Source: Candidatus Heimdallarchaeota archaeon
GTDB lineage: Archaea > Asgardarchaeota > Heimdallarchaeia > Heimdallarchaeales > Heimdallarchaeaceae
Reading direction: 5' to 3'
DNA length: 25,294 nucleotides
Assembly: GCA_030668825.1 (NCBI GenBank)
Contig: DAOVET010000034.1
Location: 1 to 25,294 of the forward strand
A program made the position numbers and the translations under genes. The notes beneath the pieces were generated by a model. It did no database searches and had not been told where the DNA came from. It was given only the letters and a program-made list of their open reading frames with translations. Positions 9,538 to 17,747 of this stretch are shown piece after piece. The number at the start of each line of letters is the position of its first letter. Position 1 is the stretch's first letter.

Positions 9538-10014
9538 ATGACTAAACTTGAAAAGAATGTCTACATAGCTTGTTCTATGATAAAAGCAAACCAGTTAGAC
9601 TTTTCTTTATTAGATTTTTTAATAGATTTTGTTGAAGAACAAGGATATCATCCTTTTGTACCTGGGAAGATGGAGGATGCTTCATCGAAAGTTGTTTTTG
9701 AGAGAGATATGAATTGGCTAAAGGATTCAACAAAGATAATAGCTGATGTCAATGAACCATCTCATGGAGTAGGGATGGAAATAATGTATGCCTATAAGCA
9801 TAAAATACCAGTAATATGTTTGTTGAATGAAAAGAACAAACCACTTTCTAGAATGGTAGAAGGAAGTCCAAATACAGTTATTATAGCCTATAGTTCCAAA
9901 AATGACTTAGAAGAAAAACTCAAGAATTTTAAATTGGATAAAACTAACATACACTTTTGTTCAAAGTGTAATGAAAGGACAATTCATTTGAAGAATAACT
10001 GCTTAATATGTTGA
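9538..10014 (+). CDS. Nucleoside 2-deoxyribosyltransferase / RCL-like N-glycosidase
   Basis: VYIACS, VFERDMNWL, IIADVNEPSHGVGMEIMYA and LSRMVEG motifs; C-terminal CSKC...CLIC. Confidence 0.88.
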   Translation: MTKLEKNVYIACSMIKANQLDFSLLDFLIDFVEEQGYHPFVPGKMEDASSKVVFERDMNWLKDSTKIIADVNEPSHGVGMEIMYAYKHKIPVICLLNEKNKPLSRMVEGSPNTVIIAYSSKNDLEEKLKNFKLDKTNIHFCSKCNERTIHLKNNCLIC

Positions 10015-10017
10015 AAA

Positions 10018-10091
10018 TGGCAGACCCAAGGCGATTTGAACGCCTGCCACAGGATCCAGAGTCCCGTATCCTTCCGCTAGACGATGGGTCT
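10018..10091 (-). tRNA. tRNA-Gln(CUG)
   Basis: Reverse complement: AGACCCA-TC-GTCT AGCGGAA GGAT-A-CGGGA CT CTG GA TCCTG-TGGC-AGGCG TTCAAAT CGCCT-TGGGTCT-G-CCA. A1-U72, G73, encoded CCA. Confidence 0.93.
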
Positions 10092-10201
10092 ATTTTGTTT
10101 GCCGAGTAGAGTAAAATAATAGTAAATTAAAAGTTTTGGTAGACGCCCCAAACCATTAAAGAGAGTAATTATAAATGAATAAAAAATCAATTAGATAAGG
10201 A

Positions 10202-10930
10202 ATGATTGGTATGAAAAGAATTTTAGTAACTGGAAGTAGTAGAGGATTGGGATTGGAATTTGTAAAACAGCTATTGGAAAAAGGAAATCAAATCATTGCA
10301 TGCAATAGAAATCCTCTAAAGTACCCAGACCTTTTGGAACTAAAAAATAAATTTGAGGATAAACTAGTTCTAATTGATTTAGATGTCTCAAGTAAAGATT
10401 CTATAGATAATGCCTTCACACTGATTTCTAAAGAAATAGATGGTTTGGATATACTGATTAATAATGCAGGTATCCGCTTTGGAGGAGAAGAGAAGTACTG
10501 TGATGAATTAGGTAAATTATACAAAGAGGATTTTGGTAAGATCTTCACAGTAAACTCTGTTGCACCAGTATTAATCGTGGAGAAGTTTTTACCATTAATC
10601 AAAAATGGAAGAGATCCAGTCATTGTTAACATTTCTTCAACCAGTGGTAGTATTGGTAGAAGAAGTCGTAAAGGAGGAGGATACAGCTATAGCGCAAGTA
10701 AGGCAGCATTAAATATGATCACTAAGGCTCTTTCTGTTGATTTGCACGAAGAAGGAATTACTGTTGTTTCAATCCATCCTGGTTGGGTTAAAACTACAAT
10801 GGAATATACAGAAAATGCTCCATTAACTACTTATGAATCTATAAAAGGAATGAGAAAGGTAATTGATACTCTATCAATAGAAAAAACAGGAAAATTCTTC
10901 GACTGGGAAGGTAATGATTTACCTTGGTAA
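10202..10930 (+). CDS. Short-chain dehydrogenase/reductase (C-factor/CsgA-like)
   Basis: TGSSRGLG, INNAG, NISS, YSASKAALNM, HPGWVKT and the C-terminal F.DWEG..LPW. Confidence 0.93.
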   Translation: MIGMKRILVTGSSRGLGLEFVKQLLEKGNQIIACNRNPLKYPDLLELKNKFEDKLVLIDLDVSSKDSIDNAFTLISKEIDGLDILINNAGIRFGGEEKYCDELGKLYKEDFGKIFTVNSVAPVLIVEKFLPLIKNGRDPVIVNISSTSGSIGRRSRKGGGYSYSASKAALNMITKALSVDLHEEGITVVSIHPGWVKTTMEYTENAPLTTYESIKGMRKVIDTLSIEKTGKFFDWEGNDLPW

Positions 10931-10974
10931 GACTCAGAAATTAAATCAACTAAAAGAGATTTAATGAAGAAAGT

Positions 10975-11049
10975 TGGTAGCCCTGAGAAGATTCGAACTT
11001 CCGTCTGTAAGCCTAAACCTACAATGCTTGGCCACTACACTACAGGGCT
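10975..11049 (-). tRNA. tRNA-Gln-like gene with an aberrant 6-nt anticodon loop (UUUAGG); identity unresolved
   Basis: Reverse complement: AGCCCTG-TA-GTGT AGTGGCCAA GCAT-T-GTAGG TTTAGG CTTAC-AGAC-GGAAG TTCGAAT CTTCT-CAGGGCT-A-CCA. All four stems pair; archaeal Gln-type body. Confidence 0.8.
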
Positions 11050-11083
11050 ATAATTGTAACTGATTCTCTTCTTTTCCAGTACA

Positions 11084-11093
11084 GATTTTAAAT
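11084..11093 (-). promoter_or_regulatory. TATA box of the aberrant tRNA gene
   Basis: ATTTAAAATC on the minus strand, preceded by purine-rich AGGAAGG. The identical 10-mer occurs at 11276-11285, upstream of tRNA-Gln(UUG). Confidence 0.55.
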
Positions 11094-11154
11094 CCTTCCT
11101 TTTGAACCTATATAGCATAAATGTTGTTTTCAGAAAAGAGATTAGAAGAAGTGT

Positions 11155-11230
11155 TGGTAGTCCCTGGGAGATTTGAACTCCCGGCGCCAGATTCAAAGTC
11201 TGGAATGTTTCCAGGCTACACCAAGGGACT
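11155..11230 (-). tRNA. tRNA-Gln(UUG)
   Basis: Reverse complement: AGTCCCT-TG-GTGT AGCCTGGAA ACAT-T-CCAGA CT TTG AA TCTGG-CGCC-GGGAG TTCAAAT CTCCC-AGGGACT-A-CCA. Confidence 0.95.
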
Positions 11231-11301
11231 TTGAAAGATGTCAAATTTCTTTGACAACCGTTCATTTCTTGTTTCGATTTTAAATTTTTCTAATGCTCTG
11301 C

Positions 11302-13227
11302 TCATTTATTAGTCCATGAATCTCTTAAGGTTATTATTCTGTTGAAGACTAAGTTTTCAGCTTTTGAATCAACTATATCAACTACGAAATATCCATTTCT
11401 TTCAAATTGGAACCTTGAACCTGGTCCCTTATCCTTTAAGAATGGTTCAACATAGGACTTTATTATTTTTATAGAATCGGGATTAAGGTAATCTGTATAG
11501 TCTTTTCCTTCTTCGGTATCCATTGGATTTTCCTTTGTATATAAACGGTCATATAATCTTACTTCTGCTTCTAGAGCATTGTCAGCAGATAACCAATGAA
11601 TTGTCCCCTGAACCTTTCTACCATCAGGAGATTCTCCTCCTTTAGTTTTTGGATCATGAGTACAATGAATTTCTTTTATCTTCCCAGTTTCTTCATCTTT
11701 GAGCACTTTTTCACACTTAATAAAATAAGCATACTTTAATCTGACTTCTTTTCCTAGTGAAAGCCTATAGTAATCTTCTGGTGGATTTTCCATGAAATCT
11801 TCTTGCTCGATGTATAGATTTTTAGTAAATTTCACGTTTCTTGTTCCCACTTCTTTGTCAGCAGGATGATTTGGAATTTTGAATTCCTCAGTCAAATCAT
11901 TAGGATAATTAGTGATTACAAGCTTGAGAGGATTGAGTACACTCATAACTCTAGGGCATCTTTTGTCCAAATCTTCACGCAAATAGTGTTCAAAGATTGA
12001 CATATCTATCAGTTTTTCTCGCTTAGTAATATTTACTCCTAATGAAAAATTACGTATAGCATCAGGTGTAATTCCTCGTCTTCTCATACCTGCTATTGTT
12101 AACATACGTGGGTCATCCCATCCGTTTACGTAATCTTCTTCTACAAGTCTACGTAACCTTCTTTTACTAAGTACCATATAGGAAAGATTCATCTTCGCAA
12201 ATTCAATTTGCTGTGAGTGGAATATGGGACTTCCATCTTCATTTTCTAACTGATCTATATACCAATCATAAAGTGGTCTATGGACCTCAAATTCCAGAGT
12301 ACATATAGAATGAGTTATCCCCTCAATTGAATCTTCTAAACCATGAGCCCAATCATACATTGGATAAATGCACCATTTATCACCTGTGTTATGATGGCTT
12401 GCATGAAGTATTCTATATACTATGGGATCTCTCATGAGCATATTAGGATGAGTCATATCTATTTTCGCTCTTAGAACTTTTTCTCCATCCTTGAATTCTC
12501 CATTTTTCATTCTCTCAAAGAGGTCTAGATTCTCTTCAATTGATCTATTTTTGTATGGACTATCTTTTCCATGCTCTGTTATTGTTCCCCTCATTTCCCG
12601 TATTTCTTCAACACTGGAATCATCCACATATGCTAACCCTTTCTTGACTAACTGAACTGCGTATTCATATAGCTGGTCAAAGTAATCGGATGCAAATAAC
12701 AACCTATCTTCATAATCAACACCAAGCCAAAGAACATCTTCGATTATTGATTCAACAAATTCTTCTTCTTCTGTGAGAGGATTGGTGTCATCAAATCGAA
12801 GGTTAAATTTTCCTCCATACTCCACTGCATAATTATAGTTCCTATTTATTGAATAAGCATGACCAATATGGAGCCATCCATTAGGTTCTGGAGGGAATCG
12901 AGTATGTACTCGTCCTCCAAATCTACCAGTTTTATTATGGTCTTCAATGATTGCTCTAATGAAATCAGTATCTTCCTGAATTTCTTCTTCCTTCTTTTGA
13001 AGAAGTTCAGGATATTTTTGTTGTGCGAGTTGCTGTATTTCTTCAGGCTTTAATGAATTAATATGGTCAATTTTCTTTTCCAATATCTCTTTGATGCTTT
13101 TAGCATCTTTTTTCAATTCAGGATTAGCTTTCATGATAAGACCCATTACAGGACCTACCGCTGCTTCTCCGTATTCCAAAGCGTTTTCAATAGTGTATTT
13201 TTCGCACAATTTTTCTACTGAAGTCAT
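11302..13227 (-). CDS. glnS: Glutamine--tRNA ligase with an archaeal GluRS-like N-terminal domain
   Basis: DFIRAII...[44 protein letters not shown] (Gln-type Cys, not the GluRS Arg), [25 protein letters not shown] and [11 protein letters not shown]. Confidence 0.93.
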   Translation of the reverse strand: MTSVEKLCEKYTIENALEYGEAAVGPVMGLIMKANPELKKDAKSIKEILEKKIDHINSLKPEEIQQLAQQKYPELLQKKEEEIQEDTDFIRAIIEDHNKTGRFGGRVHTRFPPEPNGWLHIGHAYSINRNYNYAVEYGGKFNLRFDDTNPLTEEEEFVESIIEDVLWLGVDYEDRLLFASDYFDQLYEYAVQLVKKGLAYVDDSSVEEIREMRGTITEHGKDSPYKNRSIEENLDLFERMKNGEFKDGEKVLRAKIDMTHPNMLMRDPIVYRILHASHHNTGDKWCIYPMYDWAHGLEDSIEGITHSICTLEFEVHRPLYDWYIDQLENEDGSPIFHSQQIEFAKMNLSYMVLSKRRLRRLVEEDYVNGWDDPRMLTIAGMRRRGITPDAIRNFSLGVNITKREKLIDMSIFEHYLREDLDKRCPRVMSVLNPLKLVITNYPNDLTEEFKIPNHPADKEVGTRNVKFTKNLYIEQEDFMENPPEDYYRLSLGKEVRLKYAYFIKCEKVLKDEETGKIKEIHCTHDPKTKGGESPDGRKVQGTIHWLSADNALEAEVRLYDRLYTKENPMDTEEGKDYTDYLNPDSIKIIKSYVEPFLKDKGPGSRFQFERNGYFVVDIVDSKAENLVFNRIITLRDSWTNK

Positions 13228-13262
13228 TGTATGTTTTTTGATGTATAAAGAGTAATAAATCT

Positions 13263-13286
13263 TTAGTCCATTGAGGAGTGGACTAA
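13263..13286. promoter_or_regulatory. Inverted repeat upstream of glnS (operator or hairpin)
   Basis: TTAGTCCA-N8-TGGACTAA, perfect 8-bp arms, adjacent to a TTTATTA TATA-like element. Confidence 0.45.
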
Positions 13287-13429
13287 TTTATCCACTTATG
13301 TCATCCTTTCACCTATTAATTAATTCAAAAATATAATTCCACAATTTTATCTATATATTTTCCAATCAATAAACAAGATATTTTCACAAAAGTTTATTTG
13401 GATAGAAGCCTTCTTTAGAATTGATAAAA

Positions 13430-13606
13430 ATGAGCAAACTCCCTAATGATGTTTACTGCTTCCACTGTGGATTCAAATTTGATAAAAGCGACCCTGAAGG
13501 TTATGAAGCATGTCCTGATTGTGGTAAGGGTTTCTCTGACTTAAACGAAGAGGCTCAATATGCAGTAAAAATGGTAATGAAATCTATGATTGAACATTTC
13601 CGGTAA
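13430..13606 (+). CDS. Small zinc-finger protein
   Basis: CFHCG...CPDCG. Confidence 0.7.
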   Translation: MSKLPNDVYCFHCGFKFDKSDPEGYEACPDCGKGFSDLNEEAQYAVKMVMKSMIEHFR

Positions 13607-13614
13607 GCTAATTC

Positions 13615-14655
13615 TTACCCGAAGAGAAGAACTTCTAGAAATCCGTAATTATTGTTCAATACGATTAGAATAACAATACCAGCCAGTATAAGAGTTATCA
13701 TAGCTATTTGTATAATGTATAATTTACTAATTTTCCTATATTGTCTTGCTGAAACAGTTCCTCCTCTGACAAAGGATTGTGATGTCCAGAATATTAATGC
13801 ACAAGATGCATATATTGAGATAATGTTCAAAACAAGTAACAACAATGATCCTAAAGCCATCCTAATTGTTGCACCACTTGCAAGTAAAACGCCGACATTT
13901 GCTGCTGGAGGGCATAAAGAAGCTGCGACAGCAACACCCACAATGGCAGTATTTTCTCCCCTAACAATAAAAATTCCTGCAGCTAAACCACTAGCTATTG
14001 CAACTACGATATCTCCTATATTTGGTAAAATTCTAACAGCTATTTGTGTATCGGGATTTGAAGGTGGAACTTGGTTTAAAATTATTGAAGGATCAGAACT
14101 ATTATAGATTAGACCCACAATTACACCAAAACCTATTATGAATGCAATACCTAGTATTTCGGTAACTATTGCTCTCTTTGAATAGATATTCTTGGGTGTC
14201 ATAGTTCCAATAACTGCTAAAGCAATGGGTCCTAACAGAGGAGCTATAATCATACTTGCAATCACGATTATGACATTATTATAGATAAGTCCAAATGAAG
14301 CGAGTGCTCCTGCGAGTAATATCAATCCTAAGTAGGTTGGATTCATTAAAGCTAAACATTTGATATTCGCAATCATTTCATCGATACTTATCCCTCTTCC
14401 TCGAGCTTTTGATTCCTTTTTATCTGAAGAGATCTCAAAGGAGATAGGAGATACTGTAATGCGACCAAAAACGGTCCCAACTCCCAATCCTTTTAGTTCC
14501 TCTAAAAGGGTAGAAGTATGTTGATCTTCTAAAGTAGTGTTTATTGTTACTACATTTTCGAATATTGATATATTGAATACTAATCCAAGCTTCTCCTCCA
14601 ATTCTTTAACTAGCTCTAGTTTTTCGGAGGGGATGATAACTTTTACTTCTTTCAT
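13615..14655 (-). CDS. TIGR00341/DUF389 family membrane protein
   Basis: IASMIIAPLLGPI, VAIASGLAAG and GVAVAASLCPPAANVG motifs; soluble N-terminal domain. Confidence 0.9.
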   Translation of the reverse strand: MKEVKVIIPSEKLELVKELEEKLGLVFNISIFENVVTINTTLEDQHTSTLLEELKGLGVGTVFGRITVSPISFEISSDKKESKARGRGISIDEMIANIKCLALMNPTYLGLILLAGALASFGLIYNNVIIVIASMIIAPLLGPIALAVIGTMTPKNIYSKRAIVTEILGIAFIIGFGVIVGLIYNSSDPSIILNQVPPSNPDTQIAVRILPNIGDIVVAIASGLAAGIFIVRGENTAIVGVAVAASLCPPAANVGVLLASGATIRMALGSLLLLVLNIISIYASCALIFWTSQSFVRGGTVSARQYRKISKLYIIQIAMITLILAGIVILIVLNNNYGFLEVLLFG

Positions 14656-14804
14656 AGAAAAACCTATACAATTCTCTAATTATGACAAATATCCTTCGTT
14701 ATAAAATTGTTCCTCAAAAAATCTAAATATAGAAAAAAATTGACGAACTGACTTAACCCCCAAAGTTAAGTTCTCTGAACAAACAGAATAGCAATAATTT
14801 CAAT

Positions 14805-14993
14805 CTATTTTCCATGATTGAATTTTCCATTATTGAATTTGAACATTGCATATTTCAGCTTTTTTTCCTCGTCATCAATGAACTTTGGATATTTAATCAA
14901 GATTTTGTCTAATTCTCTATTTAAATTCTTCAAGTCTTCATCCATTTTAGAGAGAATACCATTCATTTCTTCTACAAGATTCTCTTGTTGCAT
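14805..14993 (-). CDS. Small hypothetical coiled-coil protein
   Basis: 62-aa ATG ORF with heptad pattern (LVEEMNGILSKMDEDLKNLNRELDKIL). Confidence 0.5.
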   Translation of the reverse strand: MQQENLVEEMNGILSKMDEDLKNLNRELDKILIKYPKFIDDEEKKLKYAMFKFNNGKFNHGK

Positions 14994-15068
14994 GATAACA
15001 AAATAGTGGGACTTTTTTATAGAATAGGTAAGATAAGTATATTACTCTCGTAATACAAATTTTAGAGA

Positions 15069-15245
15069 CTATTGTTCTCTATGCCCAGTAATTGTAGTTC
15101 GTATATCTGGTGAAAAGCATTTAGGACATACAGTTTTTGTTGTGAAAATTCCATCAACTTCTTCCTTTAGTCTCTTTTTCTCTTCATTGTTGAAACGATT
15201 CCCACAGTTATTACAGATAAATGCATCTGGTCTATTTATTGACAT
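15069..15245 (-). CDS. 58-aa zinc-ribbon protein missed by the ORF track
   Basis: Manual translation MSINRPDAFICNNCGNRFNNEEKKRLKEEVDGIFTTKTVCPKCFSPDIRTTITGHREQ; CxxC and CPxC pairs. Confidence 0.75.
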   Translation of the reverse strand: MSINRPDAFICNNCGNRFNNEEKKRLKEEVDGIFTTKTVCPKCFSPDIRTTITGHREQ

Positions 15246-15472
15246 GTAATCACTAGAACTAATATAATACTATCAAAATATAACTTTTGCTCTAAATAGA
15301 GGAAAAAAAGTAGTAAAATAACATACTTTGATGAAGGATCATTAGTATTCGGTTTTTGAAGCTAGTTATTCTATCTATCATAACTTTTGCAACCTTTGTA
15401 ATGCATCGAAAGAAGCAGAAAAATTAATATTGTAAGAAAAAAAAGCAAATTGAAGGATGTAAGAAGCAGATT

Positions 15473-16612
15473 TCAGATACAGCGATAAACAGCTGTAGGT
15501 CCTGTTTCTTTATATTCCTTCTTTGTTACCCAAAGTTTGTTAAAAGTTTTAAGAGAACTTAATATACTACCACCTATCCAAACAGAATATCTTCTTTCAG
15601 GAGGAGCAACTATCTTTACTTCTGTTGTATCAGGAACAAGTTCAGTTAATTCTCGGTGTAATCTTTCCTTTAATCCAGGAAACATTGTGGTTCCACCAGA
15701 TAAGACGATATTTGAAAACAGATCTCTTCTTAAGTCCACATCGCATCGCTGAACCATTCTATAGATTAGTTCATCAAGGGGTTCTTCTTCTGAACCGATT
15801 ACTCCTGGACTAAAAAGTAGCTCTGGAGCCATAAAGCGTTCTGCGCCTAGTGTTAAGGTTTCTCCGTCCGGCATTGTATAGTCTTTTTCCATACTTGATA
15901 CTCTTTCAGTTAGTCGTAGTTCTTTTTCTGGATTTAAAGCAACATAACAAAGTCTTTCTTTAATATCTAGAACAATTTCTCTTTCTGCGCTTGTTGTTAG
16001 GGAATATCCTCGTTGCTTTAAGAGAGTTCTTAGATAATTAGTAATATCTCTTCCTCCAATATCACATCGATGTATTGCATGAGATATTGCAAAGCCCTCA
16101 TAGACTGGAACAATGTGTATCACACCATCTCCTGCATCAACTACTAACCCTGTAGTTCTTCCAGATGCATAGAGTGAGAGTATTGCTTGCATAGAGATAT
16201 ACATTGCTGGAACATTGAACATCTCAAACATCATCTCAGCCATCTTTTCTTTATTTCTGTTATCGTTCAAAGGAGGTTCAGTTAGCATTATTGGATGCTC
16301 ATTTGGATTAACTCTCAAATCATTATAGAAAGTATAATGCCAGATATTTTCCATTGCTCCCCAATCTTTGACTTGCCCATGTTCAACTGGATAGACAAGT
16401 TTGAGAATACCTCGCATATTCATAGCCTCTTCTCCAATATAGTGTTCCTTTATCCATCCTTCAACATCAGGCATTACAACTGGATGTTTAGGATATCCAA
16501 TGATTGTTGGGAAAACACTTCTTGGTTGATCTTCTCCTGCAAATCCATTCTTCGTAAATCCAGTCCCATTATCTAAAACAAGTGGTTTTGTTTGAAATGC
16601 TTCAACTGTCAT
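15473..16612 (-). CDS. Asgard actin (Lokiactin-like, eukaryote-type)
   Basis: LVLDNGTGFTKNGFAGEDQPRSVFP, YPVEHG..DW, LSLYASGRTTG.VVDAGDG, NIVLSGGTTMFPG and APPERRYSVWIGGSILSSL. Start set at ATG 16612 (379 aa). Confidence 0.97.
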   Translation of the reverse strand: MTVEAFQTKPLVLDNGTGFTKNGFAGEDQPRSVFPTIIGYPKHPVVMPDVEGWIKEHYIGEEAMNMRGILKLVYPVEHGQVKDWGAMENIWHYTFYNDLRVNPNEHPIMLTEPPLNDNRNKEKMAEMMFEMFNVPAMYISMQAILSLYASGRTTGLVVDAGDGVIHIVPVYEGFAISHAIHRCDIGGRDITNYLRTLLKQRGYSLTTSAEREIVLDIKERLCYVALNPEKELRLTERVSSMEKDYTMPDGETLTLGAERFMAPELLFSPGVIGSEEEPLDELIYRMVQRCDVDLRRDLFSNIVLSGGTTMFPGLKERLHRELTELVPDTTEVKIVAPPERRYSVWIGGSILSSLKTFNKLWVTKKEYKETGPTAVYRCI

Positions 16613-17495
16613 CTTTTTTCCCCTTCCTTCTTGCATGGCTTTCTTTGACAGCTCTTTCTTTCTCATCTGTAATGGCTTTTTCCAAATTCTCTAGTCTTCC
16701 TTCAAGTTTTTCAATGCTTGAATCAAGTTTAGAATCTCTTTCTCTTCTAGATATTTCAGCTTGAACATTGTAAAGCATCATTAACTCATGAAAGACCTCA
16801 ATAAACTGATCTGTTCTATAGGGAGCTTTTAGAACTCGCCATCGTTTCACAGTTTCATCAGATCTTTTTTCCATGGTTGAGCGAAGTGCTATTTCATCTT
16901 CACTTGTTAATTCAACACCTTCTTCTTTGAGTTTCTGTATATATTCCTCAATTTTTCGATCTGTTTTGGGAGTTACTTTATCCTTAGTTTTAGCTAACTT
17001 CTTTGCTAGCTTCTCTTCAGGAGTTTTTAATCCAAGTTCAGATTTGCGTGAATCAAATTCTTGATCAACTGAAGGCATAACAGCTGTTTCCAAAGCAGAA
17101 ATTATAGGATTATAGTAACTTCCATAATATCTAGAAACTAGAGCATTTTCTATCCTAACTAAGTCCTCAAGTGGCATTTCAGTTAATTCATTTGGAGTAT
17201 ATCTAGCTGAACGAGCTTTAATCTGCTCTTGAATCTCAAGATATACAATTTGCTCATGGGGGATTTTTTTCTCATCGTATGTTGTCTTATCAATAGTTTT
17301 TTCCATTCTACCAACTCTTTCTTGTAATTCTACTATTCGTTTAACTCGTGATTTTTCCCAACTTTGTCTTTCTTCCTTCTTGCGCTCACGATAGGCCTTT
17401 TTTCGTTCCGCGTCAGTAGCATATTTTTTGGGTCGTCCTGGTCTTTTTTTTTCTTCGTCATTCATTTCAATCACTTTATTTTCGTCCCGAGACAA
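16602..17495 (-). CDS. AT-hook/basic-helix coiled-coil protein, putative DNA-binding
   Basis: KKRPGRPKKYATDAERKKAYRERKK followed by coiled-coil segments at both ends. Its end overlaps the actin start by 11 nt. Alternative ATG at 17465. Confidence 0.75.
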   Translation of the reverse strand: MSRDENKVIEMNDEEKKRPGRPKKYATDAERKKAYRERKKEERQSWEKSRVKRIVELQERVGRMEKTIDKTTYDEKKIPHEQIVYLEIQEQIKARSARYTPNELTEMPLEDLVRIENALVSRYYGSYYNPIISALETAVMPSVDQEFDSRKSELGLKTPEEKLAKKLAKTKDKVTPKTDRKIEEYIQKLKEEGVELTSEDEIALRSTMEKRSDETVKRWRVLKAPYRTDQFIEVFHELMMLYNVQAEISRRERDSKLDSSIEKLEGRLENLEKAITDEKERAVKESHARRKGKKDDS

Positions 17496-17664
17496 TATAA
17501 CGTTTGTCTCTAATCATTTAAAAACATTTTTGTCCTGAGACGAAATTCCCAAGTACTTACCGAGATTATTTAGAAGGAGTAATGAGGCAGTGGGACGTTT
17601 TAGTCAGTATGAAGCTTAAACCCACAATTCTATCATTTAAAAACATTTTTGTCCTGAGACGAAA
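17480..17664. promoter_or_regulatory. Repeated palindromes TTTYGTC-CYGA-GACRAWA plus a GAGACAA-N8-TTGTCTC inverted repeat
   Basis: Palindromes at 17480-17497, 17528-17545 and 17647-17664; inverted repeat at 17489-17510. They flank a TTTTAAA TATA-like element. Confidence 0.55.
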
Positions 17665-17747
17665 TTCCCAAGTACTCGAGATTATTTAGAAGGAGTAATA
17701 AGGCAGTGGGACGTTTTAGTCAGAATGAAGCTTAAATCCACAATTCT
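17513..17747. repeat. Imperfect tandem duplication (119 bp + 116 bp)
   Basis: Copies at 17513-17631 and 17632-17747 differ by one 3-nt indel and three substitutions. Confidence 0.95.

Noticed and set aside
10975-11049. tRNA-Pyl, or a conventional tRNA-Leu(UAG)
   Set aside because: No CUA anticodon, and it keeps the D-loop GG and TTC that tRNA-Pyl lacks. It has no long variable arm as tRNA-Leu requires, and the body is Gln-type.
14751-14771. ACTTAAC-N7-GTTAAGT inverted repeat
   Set aside because: A single AT-rich 7-bp arm pair, compatible with chance.
15335-15427. Plus-strand frame RIISIRFLKLVILSIITFATFVMHRKKQKN resembling a C-terminal membrane anchor remnant
   Set aside because: No convincing start or SD, and too short to separate from chance in AT-rich DNA.
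16613-16666. 18-aa N-terminal extension of actin from ATG 16666
   Set aside because: It lies inside the upstream gene; ATG 16612 gives a normal actin length.
17513-17747. CRISPR array or IS ends
   Set aside because: Only two long adjacent copies, no unique spacers, and no cas or transposase gene in the window.
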